A program made the translations under genes and the position numbers. A stretch of DNA of 64,000 nucleotides, taken from Tubiluchus corallicola (taxonomy: Eukaryota; Animalia; Priapulida). How positions within the stretch are numbered: the first letter of the stretch is position 1; every line of letters starts with the position of its first letter. The stretch covers positions 62,001 through 126,000 of the forward strand of contig JAQGDQ010002371.1 of the NCBI GenBank assembly GCA_030141605.1, written 5' to 3'. The notes under the pieces are model-generated. The model was not told where the DNA came from, did not search any database, and saw only the letters and a program-made list of their open reading frames with translations. This document shows positions 41,101 to 54,682 of the stretch, one piece after another.

Positions 41101-44100
41101 CAGTTCTCTGTTATTGTTGGTGAATAAATGTACTTATTTATTCGTTATAATAGTATTACGAGAGGGCCTATAGAAGAATTAATCACATCTTGTTTAACTA
41201 AGCAATTGATATATTGCTCCAAATATTATCTTTTATGGAGTTCTTTTAATTTTGCAATAACTAAATCACTTATATGGAGTGACACTCTTTATTCTGTTTC
41301 CCAACAACACTTCTCTCTCTTTGCCAAAATTGGTCACATTTGATAGTCTGTACTGCAGTATGTGGCTCAAGACCGCTAAGTGTAATTATTTGGCTCAGGA
41401 ACTTGTGATATTGCTTTTAAGATGTTTTGCAGATACTTCGTTATTGTTTTGTAAAGTTATTAAATTTTTCGTAATTGTTTATGTAGTTGAATTGAACTAT
41501 ACTTTTTTCTGATAATATGAATTTAGTTTAAGTATTTACCGTATATACTTATGTACAAGTCGAATTTTTGGGAGGCAATTTTCAAGGTGAAATTTTTGGA
41601 GTCGATTTATACTCACGATATGTTTTTGGGAGATGTTGCTAAAGAGTCGTCTACAATAGGAATATGTAAAGAAATAATCCTTCACTATATGCTGGACTGA
41701 ATGAACACTCATACTGTGATACTTCACATCAGAGAATGTTTGCATCTTGACATTACTTCACAAAATTAACAAATATTACTGTAATTTATTTTAATGTATG
41801 TGAAATTAAGTTAAAATTTATATATTACCAGTAAATAAACTAGCGACGGAGCACTTGATCAGAACATGGAATTGCTTATGATGTTACTGAATTAAACTGT
41901 GACGTTTCAGATATGAGTTTTTAGTTATAAGTGAGAAATCAGCGACTGAAATGTTACGACGGATCCTGACCGCTATATCCTAGAGTTAAAGGCATTACAA
42001 ACAAATTATGCACGATGAAAGGCCAGGCTGTATTATCTTGGATTGCATTGAGGGCCCTCAACATGAATACACACACACACACACACACACACCACACACT
42101 GGTTAGATATAATATACTTGGCCCAGGCACTTGTACGTATCTTACACACTAACACAGTAGGCTGCTATTGATTTATTACTCGGCCATTGTTGACATCATT
42201 TACTTTGGAAGATCTTAATATTTTATGGTGGAATTGTGCACAGGTAATATATAAAATGATGCAATTTTTGGTCTTAAAATGTACAACACCGACTCGTACA
42301 TAATGCTGACTTGTACACACGTATATATGGTATTTCCAGATTCTAGGAGTTTTTTTATTGTCTTTCCTGCTTAATTTAAGGGATCACTTCTGAAAAGCAT
42401 TTAGTATCAATTTTTTTCTTGTATTTGTGAAGGAGGCAAATATTGAAGTCTGTTTCGTTTACTGTCGAGCCTGGACAAACAGTGGCATTGGTATGTTTAG
42501 ATTTTTTAATCAGTAGCATTTGAATAATGCAGAGGTTTTTAAAAATTTAAAAACAGAGATTTATAGTTTAGCAGGACAAGCAGTATAAGATATCATGGGT
42601 ACAATACTCCTTCTAAGCTGTTTCATTTGTCGTACTGCCTGAGGGAAATATAGTCTTACTGAGACAGCATATACACAAATGTAGCTGAGATACTTTTGCT
42701 GGTCATGTGTTTTATCTTAGAGAATTATCCTGCTACGAGTTTGTATGTTGAGTAGGTCTTGGAACAGTGTGCTGGGTCTCAGCTCACTGAATGCTGAATT
42801 GCATGAAAAATACCATTAATCATTAATAATTGTGCAGTTAACATTTATATATCTGCAGTGATTTTATGGGTGAGTATTTTCTGATGCAGGTTGGTCATAC
42901 AGGAAGTGGAAAAAGCACCATTGTTCGTTTGATATTCAGGTTCTACGATGTAAATAGTGGCAGTATACTTATCGATGATCAAGATATCTCGCAGGTAATA
43001 TGAATGAGGATGCTAATTTATAAACTGGGCAGTGTGATGAATTAATTTATACTTTGAAGTCTACTATCTTTCGTGTGCACACTTATTAAAGTTTTTTGTA
43101 TGAGTGACTAATTTCTATATAATTGGCAGCGAGATGCTTTTCTATGAGTACTCTGAGTCTTATGTTGAAAAAGGTGGTCTCCTTTATGAGCACTTAACAT
43201 TAGCATTAGCACATTACCTTACTGTTTAAATTATGGAGCACACTATGTGCTGTAGAATGAATAATTTTTAAATTTCCCCATTTGAGCATTTTTATCACAG
43301 ATTCTACATTACTTTTTTTTACAGGTTAAACAGTCTTCTCTTAGAAAGACTATTGGCGTAGTCCCTCAGGATACTGTTCTTTTTAACGACAACATCATGT
43401 AAGTTTGTTTTGCCCAGTTATGTTATCTACTGCACATAAAAGCTAATATTGTGTGAGTTATTTGACTTCCTGAATGCCAAGTAACTGTTTTTAACTGTTT
43501 TCTAAACAAATTGAAATCCAAATAATTTTGAAAATTGGGTACTTTGATACCTCTATAAAAAGTTTTGCAACTTGCCATGTGAGATTAGTTATAGTCAGAA
43601 AAAGTACCATTATTCGGCTAGCAAGAAGTCAAACAAAAGCCTTCAAGCTTATTTTACTGTGATGATAACTGAATTGTCACATACTTGTCTTACTCAAGAC
43701 ACATATAATTAATATAATAAGAGAAGCCAGCCATGCAGTTGAGCATGACATCTGCTTTTACCCTATCCTGAATATTTGCGTGATGACTTGAGTACGCTTT
43801 ACATTTTCTTGCTTCTTATTTGGACATTGGATTGATGGTTGTCACATGGTAGCAAAGCCACTGCATTTTTAAGTTTGACAACCTTGATGTCAGGCAACGT
43901 GGGACACTTCGTAAATGTTTATGAATGTCTTTTTTCTGATGTCATCATTAAAAAAACACACCTGCCGATCATATGGTTTTCTTAATACATTCTCCTGGTG
44001 TTCACAGGTTTGAATGCACAAGCTCCATCAAAACTTAAAATGACTTTGATCTGATGCTCTAGCATTGTGATAACCTTGTCCAACTAAATATGTTTTTCAC

Positions 44101-47100
44101 AGGATTCTTAACTATGCCGAGTTTAAGTAAATTATTTGATTGACAAAACTGTGATAATGAGAAATTTTCTGGCATTGCTGGTTCAGTGCAAAAAAAAAAT
44201 TGTAAAAAACAGTACATTATTTTGTAATTTATGTGCTCAAAGTCTTCTGCTTCTTTATGCACATTTCTCTGTCTTAAATATTGTTTTTTATGTTTTGTAT
44301 TATCCAGGTACAATGTTAGGTATGGCCGAGTGACTGCAGAAGATGAAGAGGTGGAAAAGGCTGCGAGAGCTGCTGAAATACATGACAGGATAACTACATT
44401 TCCTGATGGTAGGTAGCACTAGTTGATGATAGCTGTTATAATAAGCTACTGTATTTCTGCCCTGTAAGATGCACTGACATATAAGTGGCACCCTCATTTT
44501 GTAGAGCAAAATCAAAATTAACAGATTTTTAGCCTCTGTTAGGTTTTAAACTCAGTAATGGCTCATGATTCACATTTACAATTTGCAGACGACTTTGTCC
44601 TGATTGTTTCTTTGAGTCACACTACCCAGTGCACAACTGCTAGTGTATCAAGTTACAAGATTGTGAGCTCTAGTCATTTCATATTTGCATGATAGAAGCG
44701 GTTGTATAAGACATAATTTAAAAGTTAAAAGTGGTTTTTAGCTTGACCTTCATCTGTAATCATTTAACCTGCAATAAAAGGTGCGCATGTCAATTGCCAT
44801 TAGTATATTTGCCTGTTATAAGTGCAGCAATAGCGTTGTCGTCTATATTAGGCCTCCTCAATAAGATCCAAGCTGCTTTTAGCATGGTTTTTGACTTTCT
44901 GCTGGAAAAAAGCACATTTCATGTGGTGAAAAATATGGTACACACCTGTGAAGGGCAGTGGTTTTAGTGGTTTAATATTGATGAAAATCCATGTATGTTA
45001 TAATAGTTGTAAACTGTTTGTTACAGGTTATGACACAACAGTAGGAGAACGTGGGTTAAAACTGAGTGGTGGAGAAAAGCAACGAGTGGCCATTGCTAGG
45101 ACGATACTGAAGGCTCCCCAGATTGTCTTGCTTGATGAGGTGAAGATTTCTTATACTTTTTCCCTAATTTTAGTAAAATCACTTATTACTTGAGATTTAA
45201 CAGTTTTGACTATCTAAGATAGCTTTGGTTTTGACATTAGCACAATTAACTCTCGAAAAAATTTTAATTGCAGTGAGTAGAACAAGTAAGAAAAGTTAAT
45301 GTCTATCTCATGGTTAGCATTTTGAACTTTTGTATAATGAACAACTTAAATATAAAACATCTTGCAAGCATTTTGGTTTTTGTACTGGAAAAGTAAAGGG
45401 ATGCTTATCTATGTGGAAGGGAAAGTTTTAGAAGCATGTGATGATTGCAAGTAGACATCAAAAAATTGATTGAAATTAAATGATTTATGCAGTTAGTAAG
45501 CTATAGTTCTTAAACTGGTTATCCTGATGGCAAACAAATATTTCAGATTGAAAGTATGAACATGTGCTGTTTTAAATATAATTTCAAGAAACAAGGTTTT
45601 TAATTTGCTGGGTGAAATTTTGTTTTATAATATTATATTACTGCTGTACTATGTATGTGAGTTCTTAATTTAGGCTAATTTTGTGGAGTTATTAATGTAG
45701 GTATTATTTTTTAAAAACAATTGAGCCTATGAATTGCAAAAATTAACATAAATGAATAGTAGTTCTAAATTTCGATAGTTGCTCGCAAACAGCTTACAAA
45801 TAAAAAATTTCAAATTATATTTAGGAATAGTAGTGTAAGGCATAGTTCACAGTACAACACTGTATGGTACAAACGACAATACTGACATTATTTAATTACT
45901 TAGCTAAACAAAGGCTTAGCAATGTATGCTGTGCTACCAAAACAGTATTCACAGATCACTTTTATTCATAATTCATTGTTGTTCCATAGCAGTGTGTGAA
46001 TACAAATAATCTCGAAAATAAATCACGACTTGAATATCGATGTGTTTACAAATAGTACCACTATATACTGTTTTTGCTGGGAGGCAAAGGCACATTAATA
46101 ACACGATTATATTAATATTCATATTGTGCACCATTAGCAGTTTTCGCTGTGGGAATAATCACAGTTTTCACTTTGTAAATAGCAGTGTTATGCATTAGTC
46201 ACTGTTTTAACTGTCTGAATAGCTTTAGCTGATACAATGGTCACTACTTTCATACATATCATACACCAGATTGCAGTCTTCACTATGTGAACAGGTATAT
46301 TTTGCAAGTTTTCACTGTATAAATAAAATCCCTCTGTTCCTTTTCCATTTCTTTATTGTTGGGTATTTGTTAATTAAAAGTAAAAAGTAAATAGTAAATA
46401 TAGTATAGTGCTTAATGATATTTAATGAACTAGTGGTGTGATATTTTGACTGTGAGTATCTTGTCTAGTTTTTTGATTAATTCATATGCATATTTGACAG
46501 GCAACATCTGCTTTGGATACTAAAACTGAGCGAGCAATTCAGTCGTCTTTAGCAAGGGTTTGCGCAGGAAGAACCACTTTGGTAGTGGCTCACAGGTATA
46601 ACACAGTTGTCAGTGATTTTTTGCTGGGAAGGCTAATTTTTGTTTTACTCTTACATTTAGTATGGCTGCTGTTTTCCCTAATATTTAATAGGCTACATTT
46701 GCAAAGTTTTTGAACAAGCCTGGACTTTCATTTAAAGATAAGTAAAGGATAATTAAAATAAATTAGTAAAGACTTGTGGACATTTCTTGAGACGTCCGCA
46801 TTGTATTTAGAATGTATCTCCATCAGAATGGATAGTATCTATGGTACTGGTGATCTACATCATTGAGCTTTAGTATTAGAATACATGGATTTGTGAGTTA
46901 TCTAACTCTGTCGTAACTTTTTCGAATGATGTGTGATGAGAGGTACTCTAACCTTGAACCAAAAAACAAAAAAGTGATAGAAAAGTATTGTAATTGTAAT
47001 TTATTGTCTCCTTGTGTTAAAAGATTGTTAGATGACAGAAAAATTAAGACCAGATAAAGTCATGCAGCCAGCTGATTTGTGTGAGCATTTTTTGACAGAA

Positions 47101-47761
47101 AATTTGAGAGGGAGACTTAATCAGTAATACCTGCTATAATGTCATTTAGGCTTTCTCTGATTTATTATTCTTAACACTAATATAATTTCATTGTCACGAA
47201 TTCAATTTTTTGATGCCTGAAAAAGGTATCGTTGTGGCTTATACGAGCGTGATGTTTTGAATGAATTTCTGTAAATGCACTTGTGTATATAATAGTTTAC
47301 TTACTGAAACATTAAGTATTATACCTTTTGTACAGGTATTATAAATTATTGAAATGTTGTTTGAGTTTCTTAATTATCCCTAACACAATTTCTCTTAGAG
47401 TTGCCGAACCAGCAGCTGACAACATAGGCAAGACTCCAACAACTTTTATTATTTTAAAATGCAGTAAAGTTGGATAAGTTGACTGACTGCTGTTGGTCAC
47501 TTTAGTAAAGAAATATTGATTCTCTCTCATTTTAACCTCATTTGCAGACTATCAACTATAATACATGCAGATTTAATACTGGTATTGCGAGAGGGGGAAA
47601 TTATTGAGCGAGGGAGGCACGATGAATTATTACTACAAAATGGAGCTTACGGCAGTATGTGGCAAGAACAGCAACAAAAACATAAAGAATCTTCAGAAGA
47701 TGTTCTTATAAACCTCGGTGATGATGAAACCAACGGGCCATCTGCTGGCAGTCAAAGTTAA
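32160..47761 (+). CDS. ABCB6: ATP-binding cassette subfamily B member 6 (ABCB6/HMT-1) half transporter, 855 aa, 20 coding exons
   Basis: Exons: 32160-32289, 32633-32715, 33128-33194, 33538-33763, 34234-34387, 34814-35024, 35585-35674, 36108-36210, 36568-36657, 37421-37542, 38250-38359, 38773-39044, 40569-40718, 42433-42490, 42890-42994, 43325-43398, 44308-44408, 45027-45139, 46501-46595, 47548-47761 (total 2568 nt, all GT-AG, phases consistent). N-terminal TMD0 [62 protein letters not shown], Walker A GHTGSGKS, signature [13 protein letters not shown], Walker B IVLLDE, H-loop AHRLST. Confidence 0.96.
39292..40132. mobile_element. Degenerate pogo/Tc1-type non-autonomous element in an ABCB6 intron
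   Basis: Left end has repeated TTAATAGACTCA/AATTGACTCA motifs mirrored by TGAGTCTATTAA at ~40118; the right terminus is eroded. Confidence 0.45.
41539..42330. mobile_element. pogo/Tigger-like (Tc1/mariner) MITE in an ABCB6 intron
   Basis: TA-CCGTATATACTTATGTACAAGTC...GACTTGTACACACGTATATATGG-TA: imperfect TIRs with a TA TSD. Confidence 0.75.
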
Positions 47762-50700
47762 TATTAGATGAAAATTAGATATTTGTATTCATGTGATAAT
47801 TATTAGGATGTTTGATGATGGTGATAGTGATGATGGAAGAATTGAATTGGATTATCATTCTTATGAGATACTATTATGTTTGCCTGTATAGTTTGTAAAT
47901 AGATGTAGTTAATAGCTGCTTGTTATCATCTTTACTGTTGCCAATTTATTAAAATTGTCTTTTGTCCAAATTGTCACTAAAATATGCAGAAAAGTGTGAC
48001 TCTGCAAATCTAGATTGACAGTAACAAAGACTAATGTAAATAACACCAACTGTAGATAAAATACAAACTCATTAGTTGTATAAACAAATCTTTAAACACA
48101 GTCTCATTATAAGATCAGTAAATTTGTATTTTATCTGCAGTTGATGTTGTTTAAGTTGTTCATTGTTAACTCAATATTCAGTGCAGAATGATTTTTTCTT
48201 ATACTTTGATTTATGTCATACCTATATCTAGCATGTTTGTTTAATAGCCAGTTATACTAGTGACTGACATGATAGGGATTTGACTGGGATCGAGACTTAT
48301 GGACCAATTAACTAAAAGCATATTAGTGGGCAATTGGGTTAAAGGCTCAGCAGCAATGGGCTTTTTAGACTCCAATCGTCTAAGTGATCTAGAAAACAGA
48401 ACACACCTCACTGCAGTTAACTATGTATGTTGGATTTTTGGATCGTGCTAACAGTGTTTCAAGCATAGAAATTTGTTTTTGTTTGCGATAATGGTTGGTG
48501 TTTAGCATTTATTTATAACACACAAATCCATTTTAACTATAATATTGTGCGAGAGATAAGGATGAATAAGTTATTTAGAAGTTATTAATTGTAAATTTAA
48601 ACAAAATTTATACTGTTTTTATGCACTACACAGTAATACCCAGTTATTAATGCTAACTGAAAAGCACAACATAAAGAAGTTTTATAGCCCTATGTAATAT
48701 CTGTTATTAGGGTTATGTGTCAGGAGAGTTTAGTAGAAATAATATCACAGTTAAAAACAAAGGTTGTTTGCTCAAATCAGCTAGTCATAGTGACGAATTA
48801 TATCGTGTTCTCTTATTGAATATGTCAGCATCTACTGATTACTGCGCTGAGGGAAGCTTTGTTCTTTATGAAGGTTCAAAACATTACATGCAAATAGATC
48901 AGGTCGTGACATACTGTGGCATTTATTACATGGACATATGCATAAAGCGTATATTCATAATACATGTACAGGAACATAGGTAGCGAGTATAAATCCACTC
49001 AAAGAAATAACAGCAACAAAAGAGGAAATGAACAATACACATTTAACCTATTAAATGTTTACAACCATGTGAATCCATTGCTTATCACAAACAATCCAGC
49101 CCGGTTTACATAACATGCGAATTTCGTACTGCTTCTCAATAATCCATTCCATACAGTGGGAAGTTTAGTAAGACATTAACCAAACTGTTAAAGTAAAATT
49201 GCTGCATATCACAACAGTATCATTAAGAAATATATACAGCGTGTCATCCTGTTTTCCCCGTAGTTTGCATAAAGGTATAAAATTGATTCACCAGCGAATC
49301 TGAGCCGAGTAAAAACAGTGTCTGTAATAGATACGCAATGCTTGTATCTATATAATGGTGCAATGTATTTATGGCGTTGTTTTTGACTGCAATATTGGTC
49401 CTTAGCACTTATTTATGACAGTCCATTCCTTCTCTAATGGTTTCTAGTTACTGCTTATTATTAAAGTAATGCCTGTTATTACGAAAGAAGCAAAACTATC
49501 ATTTCTATAACTGCATGCTATTTTTTCATGAGTAACGGTTGACTGCAGAATTGATTCACCTTGGGTGCTAATTTAGTTTCTTATTCAGGAGATCACGTGA
49601 AGGTCATATTTAACTAACTAAAGAAGCTAGTCACGTTCTCACCGAAGGTTAATTTAACTAGACGCAGCTGCACTGTGTGAACGTGAAACTGCTATGTGCA
49701 GAAAATTTGCTTTTAACTTACGCGAATCTTCAGTTTTTTATCTAAAAAGAAAGTAATTTGCAGTTTGACTTTCTGGACATGCATATGTGTTTAGCTATCA
49801 GTTCACAACTTGGAACTAGTCCGTTTATAATATTTTCTTGTTTTGTGTTTGGAGTTTTTGATACTGAATTGCTGGTAATATTTGCGTAATTCAGTTATGA
49901 TTTGTTTTTTTTCTTAACCAGTACGGTAGTGTATAGTCAAACTAATAATTGCTGTTTTTCATTTTAATTTACCTGATTCGTTTTTAAGGATGACTTGAGT
50001 AGTTTTCGTCTTATGCAGTATATTTCATGTATGGGTACGTGTGCATATTTTATTGTGAACGTCAAAAAGTGTATGTAAATAATCATGAAAAATTTATGAC
50101 ACGATTAATGGAATAATAGTTATTAAATTTAGAATGTGTAGTTTGATCGGGTCTGTATTTATTACTCGTTTTTGTTCTGCGAACTTTGCTGGAGTAGACC
50201 AAGGTCTACATTTTTAAGCTTTGATTTGTACTTGTATATTGCGGTACGATCAATTCATGAGCTTCATAGTGGTGGTATTGAAACTCTAGAGGAATTCCTG
50301 TTAGGAGCAGGGAACATGATAAATGTAACAAGATGCTGCACCGTCAGCTTGTATATGTATACAGTTTGGTGCGCTTGAAAATAATTTAAAAAATGGCAAA
50401 AGGTATTTTCTATATCATAAACATTATATAAGCTGTTTCTTGGAAAATCCGTAATTTTCATTAACCTGTAGATGTATATTAGTAAATGGATGGAATCATG
50501 ATCATTTAACCAGCAACGAAATGCTGTTCTCCAGAAACAATAAATTAGTGAACTAACTTTTTTATTAAAAACGAGCTGACTGTCGTCCCGTGAGGTTGGT
50601 TTGTTAATTAAGAAATAATTTTTTTTATAAAACTAGCCTTATGATGCATTACACGCTTATAGGCGTACATGTACATATATTAAGTAGTATAATTTTGGCT

Positions 50701-51169
50701 TCCAGTTTGGCTGTAATTAGAGTGGTATAATGACACTAGGCTTCATTTTATGTTTTTAAAAGTCTAGCTCATTGCTCATTTTACTTTTCATAAAAGCTGA
50801 ACGCTAAACAAATTATTTTGCCGAGCTGACTGGATGATTGGTTAAATATAATAAAGCGTTTTCATAAAGAAATTAATAGACAATTTGGCTGTATGTTAAT
50901 TACTGCTAATGCATGCATGTAAAACGCGAACTGCTTCTGTGTAATTGATAAATGAGTTGCAATTATGCAGATAAACGTAGCCCCGGTTTGACGAACGGGT
51001 TGGGTTGCTACAAAACGGAAAAATACAAAGGCTAAATACTGGCCAGCATTAAAAAGATACGCACATTGCTTGTCAGCACCGCATAACCAGGATGCCAGGA
51101 TTGGTGATATCAGAAATGCTTATAAGGTACACGTCTTTAATTATCATTTCGCCCCGGCTGTGACTATTA

Positions 51170-51400
51170 TTACAGGATAAGGTGTGCGAGAGTACCATTA
51201 TTTACCACCTAATCAGAACTTTCTGATCGCTTTTCCTAAGCCTACTCACCCTTAACTGAGTACCTGGTCGTGTGCAGGGGGAAGAAGGCAGCCGAGCAAC
51301 GGACTAGTCGCCCCCTATCTTGTATGCCGCCTTAATCGCCAACGTATCTTCCCAGACAGGCATGGGTCATCCTTCCTAAGCAACATCCCCAACTCCCACC
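51170..51400 (+). mobile_element. Possible SINE body remnant
   Basis: GC-richer island with CTCACCC..GAGTACCTGG..GGGGGAAG..GGC, resembling invertebrate SINE cores; weak. Confidence 0.3.
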
Positions 51401-52238
51401 AGAGCTGCTGACGATCCAGTTGGTGTTTTGGTTCAAGATATTTGTGAAACTTTCCAATTTATATCCTGAAGTTTAGACAATTGATAATATTTTTCAAATA
51501 GACGGAGTGTGTTTTGAAATATGCTATTACTCTGTAGCTTTATCCTCGGGTAGCTGTATATGAAATTTACTTATACGCGATGAGTGCAATGAGTACGGGG
51601 GTACAGATATACAGAATAATTTATTACGTCAAAGGATTGCAGAAATAATAGAGAATCTATTATGCCTTTAGAACATAGTATGGAAACCTCGCGTGTCTTC
51701 ACACAATCTGGTCTTTCACGTAATTTGGAGGGTACGAACGGAGCACTGACCTAAAAATGCTGGGAGTAATTTATCGATTGACCTAAATGGCTTGGAAGTT
51801 CACCGGACCTCAAACCCGTTAACAAATTAGCTATCCCGAAAGACAAAGTGGAAGATGAATGATAAGAGATAAAACTAAAAGATGACAAAAATAAGCCATG
51901 GTCAGTATTCAACTAAACTTATGTGTTGGAGGGCCTTGAGTTCTTCGAGTCCCTACTCCAGTCACCTTTTCATTATTGTAGGCTGTGCTATATCTAATAG
52001 GCTTTTACCATATTTTGATGGCATATTCCCTGAACAATAATTAGGTGTACTACTTATTTTTGTTCCAACGCAAAAGGTTGTGTACCACCCTGTGTTTTAG
52101 TTGTAACTGTTGCATAAATGACTCATGGTTCCGTTTATGATTTACGTTTTCATCTGTCACGGATCTAAAGTTGTTTTTTCTTAATAATTTTTATAACAAT
52201 TCACTGACCCCTAGACATTGCTCACGGCATTGAAAATA

Positions 52239-52240
<2 letters not shown>

Positions 52241-52276
<36 letters not shown>

Positions 52277-52295
52277 AGAGAGAGAGAGAGAGAGA
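52241..52295. repeat. (TA)n + (GA)n compound microsatellite flanking the LINE 3' end
   Basis: Direct observation. Confidence 0.95.
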
Positions 52296-52618
52296 TTTTT
52301 TATTATTATTACAACTCTATTTTATTATATATATTAACATAAATACATACATAATATACATAAATTCCCTCTATTTGCAGGGACCAGTATGAACATGATT
52401 ATAATAAGTTGGAAAATAATTACAATTATCCCTTTTAATATCATTTGTGACTATGATAACAGTAAAACGCTTATATACAAAAACATATCAACAACTAGAG
52501 GCAACATAGCTAGATTTACATTTAAATTTATATTTACCTAATTTTATAAATAACTCTTACTTTTATATTTTCATTGACGGGTAGCAATCTAATTATATAA
52601 AATGACAGTGACTGGACT

Positions 52619-53062
52619 TCACATTTTTAAAAATAAACTCCACGTTTTTTCGGCTATATTTTCCTCTTTAGCATTTTTAACAATTTCTACAAACGCATTA
52701 ATAGCATTTCTACTTCTTATTCTGTATATATCCTTAAGTTGCCTAGATGGGAGTGCAGTTTCAAGTTTCCTTCTGAGTTCGTCTTTTATTAGAGGACAGT
52801 TAAAAATTATATGTTCTGGCGTTTGGCTGTTTGCATTGCATTTACACATATCAGCTTCTATCAGACCGATTCTATTGCTAAATTCATTACAACCTCTCCC
52901 TAATAATAAGTTGAAAGCAATGGTTTCAATAACACGTTCATTTCTTGTTATTTGCAGATCTAAAGGTTTTGCACAAACTTTAACTTCTTCCAAAGGGTTT
53001 CCAGCTAACTGGTTTCCAGCAACAGTTTTCTTTTCCATAGAAACTCTAGGAATTTTTGACAT
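52619..53062 (-). CDS. LINE ORF2 C-terminal segment with CCHC zinc finger
   Basis: CKCNANSQTPEHIIFNCP motif; out of frame with the RT segment. Confidence 0.8.
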   Translation of the reverse strand: MSKIPRVSMEKKTVAGNQLAGNPLEEVKVCAKPLDLQITRNERVIETIAFNLLLGRGCNEFSNRIGLIEADMCKCNANSQTPEHIIFNCPLIKDELRRKLETALPSRQLKDIYRIRSRNAINAFVEIVKNAKEENIAEKTWSLFLKM

Positions 53063-54605
53063 TCTTTCTTTGTGTATTTTAAATTGTCTTGTGGAATTGA
53101 CTGTAACATTTCATTTCGATTTGCGTTTAGACCTTTAATGGTTTTTAAGAATAATCTAGTCTTATTTAGGTGTTCTGCCAGGAAATGGTTCCAATATTCA
53201 GCACTGATGTAATTCTCATCCGCCTTAATTAGTTCTTTTCTGACTAAGTCATCTGCAGGTAAAGTAAGTAATTTCAATACTGACTTAACAGATAAAACAG
53301 AATAAATAACATCCATTGATGGTAGTCCTGTAATTAATTCAGTTTCAATTCTTGGAGGATTAAAACCTACTCCTGTTGCCGTTTTTAACATATCATATAG
53401 TATATCATCAAAAGCCGTGATGTTCTTTGCTAACCATGCTATCGAGGCGTACAAAATCGTTGGAAGTACCATGATATTAAAAAGTCTCAAAATTGTCTTC
53501 ATATGCAAACCTTTGTGCCGGAAACAAAACTGCTTTATCTGGTGCCATGTTTTCCACGCCCTTTTCCTGGTATCTAGCACGTGAGTGTTAAAATTTAATT
53601 GATTGTCCACTGTGACACCCAGCACTTTGCTTTTTCTTACATAATCAATAGGATTATTTCCAAACTTGAGGTTTGGTGGATCTGGTTCCCAATTCAAAAT
53701 TTTTGAGTTCTTGTACAAAATGGCTTCAGTTTTGTTTTTGGCACAGTTTATGTTCATCCGCCACTTCTTACACCAAGTGTACAGTTTATCACAACATTTT
53801 TGTGCTTTTAAATAACATTCATAGTTTGTGTCAGCTGCGATTAGCAAAGAACCATCATCTGCATATTTAAATTTTCCACAGCTTACTTCATCATCTATTG
53901 ATTCAAACATGTCAATAACATACAACAAAAACAGTAATGGTGACAAAACGGAACCTTGTGGGAGACCCAACTGACAATTGTACTTTGGAGATGTGTGACC
54001 ATTAATACGTAAAACAATATTCCTATTTTTTAAAAATGTACTAATAAGACACAACATGTTTCCTTTAATACCATATTGATACAACTTGTACAATAGCCCC
54101 TTTATCCAAACACTATCGAAAGCTTTTTGAAAGTCGCAAAGAATTGCAATGCAGCTTGTTTTAAGTAAATTTGTTCTAGTCAGGTTAGAAATAAGCCTGA
54201 CCAAGTAGCGTACTGTACTGTGTCTGGGCCTGAAGCCTTCTTGCTCATCATCAATAATGTCATATGCATTACAAAATTGTCTTACACGATTTTCAACAAG
54301 CTTTTCTGCTAGTTTTCCATAGTAGGAGGTAATGCTGATAGGTCTATAATTATTAGGGTCACTATAATCGGACTTGCCATTTTTTTTATAAATGTAACCT
54401 TTGAGTCATTCCATGGCCAAATATTGCTGCCTAAGCAAATGTTGACTATATTGAGAAAGGTGGCTTTAGCCCAAAATCCCATGTTTTTTATCATTAGTGG
54501 ATGAAACCCATGAATGTCTATGCTCGTGTTATTTGTTTTAACACTTTTTATCGCATTATTTAGTTCCCTCATGTTAAATTTATCATTTAGCCATGTATGC
54601 TCCAC
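53005..54605 (-). CDS. LINE ORF2 reverse transcriptase segment (frameshifted near ~54380)
   Basis: NYRPISITSYYGK, QEGFRP, DFQKAFDSVW, GLPQGSVLSPLLF, YADD, KVLGVTVD. Confidence 0.92.
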
Positions 54606-54682
54606 AGCTATTTGTTGATCAATTTGCTGGTCAACAATTTCTTCGATTTCTTCAAACCATGCATTATCAAATGAATTAGGAT

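Noticed and set aside
48170-48195. CAGTGC loop as an iron-responsive element downstream of ABCB6
   Set aside because: The flanks do not form the required 5-bp upper stem with a bulged C.
52602-53138. Plus-strand ORFs antisense to the LINE (also 55473-55775, 56684-57061, 57139-57432)
   Set aside because: Shadow ORFs of the minus-strand coding sequence with no independent motifs.
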